The notes beneath the pieces are model-generated. The model saw nothing but the letters and a program-made list of their open reading frames with translations, made no database searches and was not told the DNA's origin. This document shows positions 7,886 through 11,021 of a DNA stretch of 11,021 bases, in pieces; the first letter of the stretch is position 1, and the number at the start of each line of letters is the position of its first letter. This DNA is from Octopus sinensis (Eukaryota): assembly GCF_006345805.1 (NCBI RefSeq), contig NW_021827179.1, positions 1 to 11,021 on the forward strand. Reading direction: 5' to 3'. A program made the translations under genes and the position numbers.

Positions 7886-9273
7886 TTTTAAGATTAATAT
7901 GAAGAGTGAACAAATGATAGAAATTCTAACAAATGCAGGTGGGGATTTTTGCATTTGAATTTACATATCTATCAGAAATAAATATTCATGAAATAAATTA
8001 TTCAATAAGTTAAATAATTTAAGCCATTCCGATGCAACCAGTTCCGATTTCTGTAAATTTAATTTGTAACTCCCCAAACACTGCTTACATGATATCAGTG
8101 AAGGTTATACTTCATTTAGGAGACCCCGATGAAAAAGAAACTTATCCGATCTCATTACTCGTGTTTATCGAATTCACTGAAAAAATATTAACAAATGCCT
8201 AATATTTATTTTCGCTTCATCGCATAATATCAACGCTGGTAGCATTAAATACGGTAACACTAATTTTTACTAATTGAAAACTAATTATGTCTGTGTTGTA
8301 AATTGATGTGTTTGGTGTTAATTCTTGACAGATATTGCTTGATAATCCCTTTTTCAAAGTAGTTTAACTTTAGGTTAATTTTTGTGTTAATACGCTCAGA
8401 GAACTGTCTTAATCTTTTGCTTTTTATTTGGAGAGTATGAGAGAGAGATATATATAGAAAAGAGACTCTTATACTTCCAAGTGAAACGGATTTTTCCATT
8501 CTGTTTTTGTCTGATAAGATTGTCATTAAAACCGTAACACAAGGATCTGTGGAGTGAGAGTTGAGGTAGCTCGAACCCAGAACACAAAATACAGTAATGT
8601 AATACGTTTGTACTACATTTCTTTACTCTGTGTTCTCGCTTTGATTCCAAATCGGATTCAGGTTTATTGTTTTTTTTTTTTAATTGTTTCTATGTCAAGT
8701 TAAATACAGGGTGTCACTCTTATCTTCTAAACACACCCTCGCTAATTAAGTCCCTTTACTCTTAAGTTAGTTAGTAAAAATACCACCTTGTGTCGAGAAA
8801 GGGAAAATGTCGCTCCTAATGGAGATAATATATTTCTGGAAGATTATTGCACTTAAAGAAAATAAATTTTAAAGACAACGGTATGAACTTCTTGTGAATG
8901 GGTTACAATACTACAGAAATAAATATAATCACTAACATCAACTAAAGATTTTCCTGAGTTCTTATGTCTCCAGCTAATGTAATACCGCGAAATGTATATC
9001 CAATAACACACTATATTAATATTTGTGCCAAAACCAGGATGATGGAGATAAAATATTAAAAAGAGCAAAAGAAAAATTTCGAGAGTAATTTTTAGCAATT
9101 TCTGTTTGGTTTATTATTTTCTCTTCATTAACATGTCAACAAATTCTTTCACATCTTAACACTGTCGCGTCTAAGGACCAAACTAAGCCATCGCCTATCG
9201 TGACAACGTAATTATTTCAGGCCAACGTCAAAAATTATGGGTGTCAACGTTCGCGTTAAGTTCGCCCAAGTGA

Positions 9274-9307
<34 letters not shown>

Positions 9308-9313
9308 TATTAT
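9274..9313. repeat. (ATT)10 trinucleotide microsatellite with a degenerate end
   Basis: Directly visible. Confidence 0.95.
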
Positions 9314-9403
9314 CATTTTCCATTATTTCCAAATAATGTGTTTATGGTATTTTTGTTCTCTTTGTTTAGATGAGATCACAAACGGTTCTCTAACTTGTTT
9401 TCT

Positions 9404-9457
9404 AACTATAGGATAACTATAGGTATCCTCAAAACTATAGGTTAACTAGAGGTATCC
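9404..9457. repeat. Nested short repeat: 25-bp unit x2 (period 29), each unit built from two AACTA(T/G)AGG subunits
   Basis: AACTATAGGATAACTATAGGTATCC (9404-9428) vs AACTATAGGTTAACTAGAGGTATCC (9433-9457), 2 mismatches. Confidence 0.9.
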
Positions 9458-9533
9458 AAACAAATGTATGATACTGTTCAGAGAACACGAAAAAGAAGCA
9501 AAATCCATGCACATCTAGCCATATACAATTTGC

Positions 9534-9573
9534 ATGTATATATGTATGTATGTATGTATGCATATACGGATGG

Positions 9574-9614
<41 letters not shown>

Positions 9615-9688
9615 TATATACTATATATATATATATATATCATATTATATATATATATATTATATATATATATATATGCATGTATACA
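9534..9688. repeat. (TATG)n and interrupted (TA)n block
   Basis: Directly visible. Confidence 0.95.
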
Positions 9689-10468
9689 TTGCACAGATCT
9701 AAGACAAAGCGTCAGGCTTATAGACAGCGTCAGGCAAAGTCTCCGGTACAATCGTGTCCTGAGGAAGATCATTCTTTTTCACGGGTTCGTTGCTACTGCA
9801 GGAGGTGCTAGCAACGTGATGGTAATGAATATGCCCTTCTATCTCACATCACGTACATGTTTCACAGGTACAATGTGTGCAGGGTTGAGTGAGTGTTTGT
9901 GTTTGCACGTGGATACTTACAATCAATAAACAATTTATTGTAAACGCTCACATTAACATACTCGCATTAAACTTTACTCGGCAGTGAGTGACCGTTTTAT
10001 TTTATGCATATCTATTTTTTGTGTGGCTGGTTTGGCGAAAGTTTTCTAAAATAAAATCGATAGGACCAGAGCATCATGTCTACGGGTATGTTGATCGAAA
10101 CTTTGATGCAGAAAATATGAGGGATGTTACTGCATTTTGCGGCCTAACATATATATATTAATCACAATGAGATACTTGTTCTCTCTAAGGATTATCGCAC
10201 GGGTAGATGTTTTTCCTGATACTTAAAGACGCAACTTATATAACTTATGCGTAAATGGCATCATATGGTCGGATGGGTAGAGAACTCATTCAACAAAGAT
10301 GGAAAGGAATGACTCCTATACACACACACACAAGTATACATATAGACACGCATACATACACACAGAGGTATACAAACACTCGTGTATATCTATATAGTCA
10401 GAGAAACATGTTATTATGTTATAATATACGGGAAGCTATTATCATATACACAGACAAAAATATGTACG

Positions 10469-10500
10469 TATATATATATATTTGTGTGTGTGTGTGAATA

Positions 10501-10550
<50 letters not shown>

Positions 10551-10782
10551 ATATATATATACACACATATATATATACAGCACATGTGTTTGATTATATA
10601 ATATAGATGTATGTATTTATGTATAAATACCTATATATATTGTATGCATACATGCATATATATTAATATGTTATACATCTACACATTCACATACGCACAC
10701 GCTTATATATATTTATTCATGCTTGTGTATCTGTATGTTATGCGTGTATGGGTGTGTATATGTGTGTATGTGTTTGTGTGTG
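10469..10782. repeat. (TA)n/(TG)n/(CA)n low-complexity block
   Basis: Directly visible. Confidence 0.92.
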
Positions 10783-11021
10783 AGGAATGCTTATATACAA
10801 AATAAGTATATGTTTATATAATTAACATTAAGCATCCTCAAGTTGTTAATCTAAAATACTAGAGGATGTCATAACACACATTGAAACAGAAGACAAGATT
10901 TTTCCGTATTAACTACAGAAGCAAACTAATATGGCGCGTATTTTTCTCTCTTTGCTATGATGTCAAAGACGGTATCTTAGAAAACACTCAAGATATCGTA
11001 TATTAAGCCAACAAACATTAA

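Noticed and set aside
8555-8600. Minus-strand B-box-like GTTCTGGGTTCGAG, a possible old SINE head
   Set aside because: There is no convincing A box or body similarity.
8705-8739. TACAGGGTGTC resembling a Tc1/mariner terminal repeat, with ACACCCT nearby
   Set aside because: I found no proper partner end (CACCCTGTA) in the window, and a 7-bp inverted repeat is chance level.
9221-9393. Candidate micro-exons 9221-9269 (PTSKIMGVNVRVKFAQ) and 9370 onward after a strong pyrimidine tract
   Set aside because: The donor is weak, the joined frame stops after 7 more codons, and I recognise no homology.

Overview
This is AT-rich eukaryotic non-coding DNA (intronic or intergenic) that is densely packed with microsatellites. 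The repeat families and the 5S variant point to a cephalopod, probably Octopus; this is my recognition from memory, not a database result. I can support no protein-coding gene: nearly all listed ORFs are translations of (TA)n, (TG)n, (CATA)n or (TCTA)n tracts, or of SINE sequence. The best-supported features are: a full-length but decayed 5S rRNA copy (7022-7140, +) followed by a T5 tract and then directly by a full-length tRNA-derived SINE (7154-7579, +); an older tRNA-derived SINE of another family (483-692, -); SINE tail fragments; a perfect 126-bp tandem duplication (84-341); and several smaller duplications and palindromes. The most interesting candidate is the same-strand 5S + tRNA-SINE arrangement, which could be a composite Pol III retroposon or reflect insertion targeted to 5S terminators. 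I see no firm evidence of a new multi-gene system.
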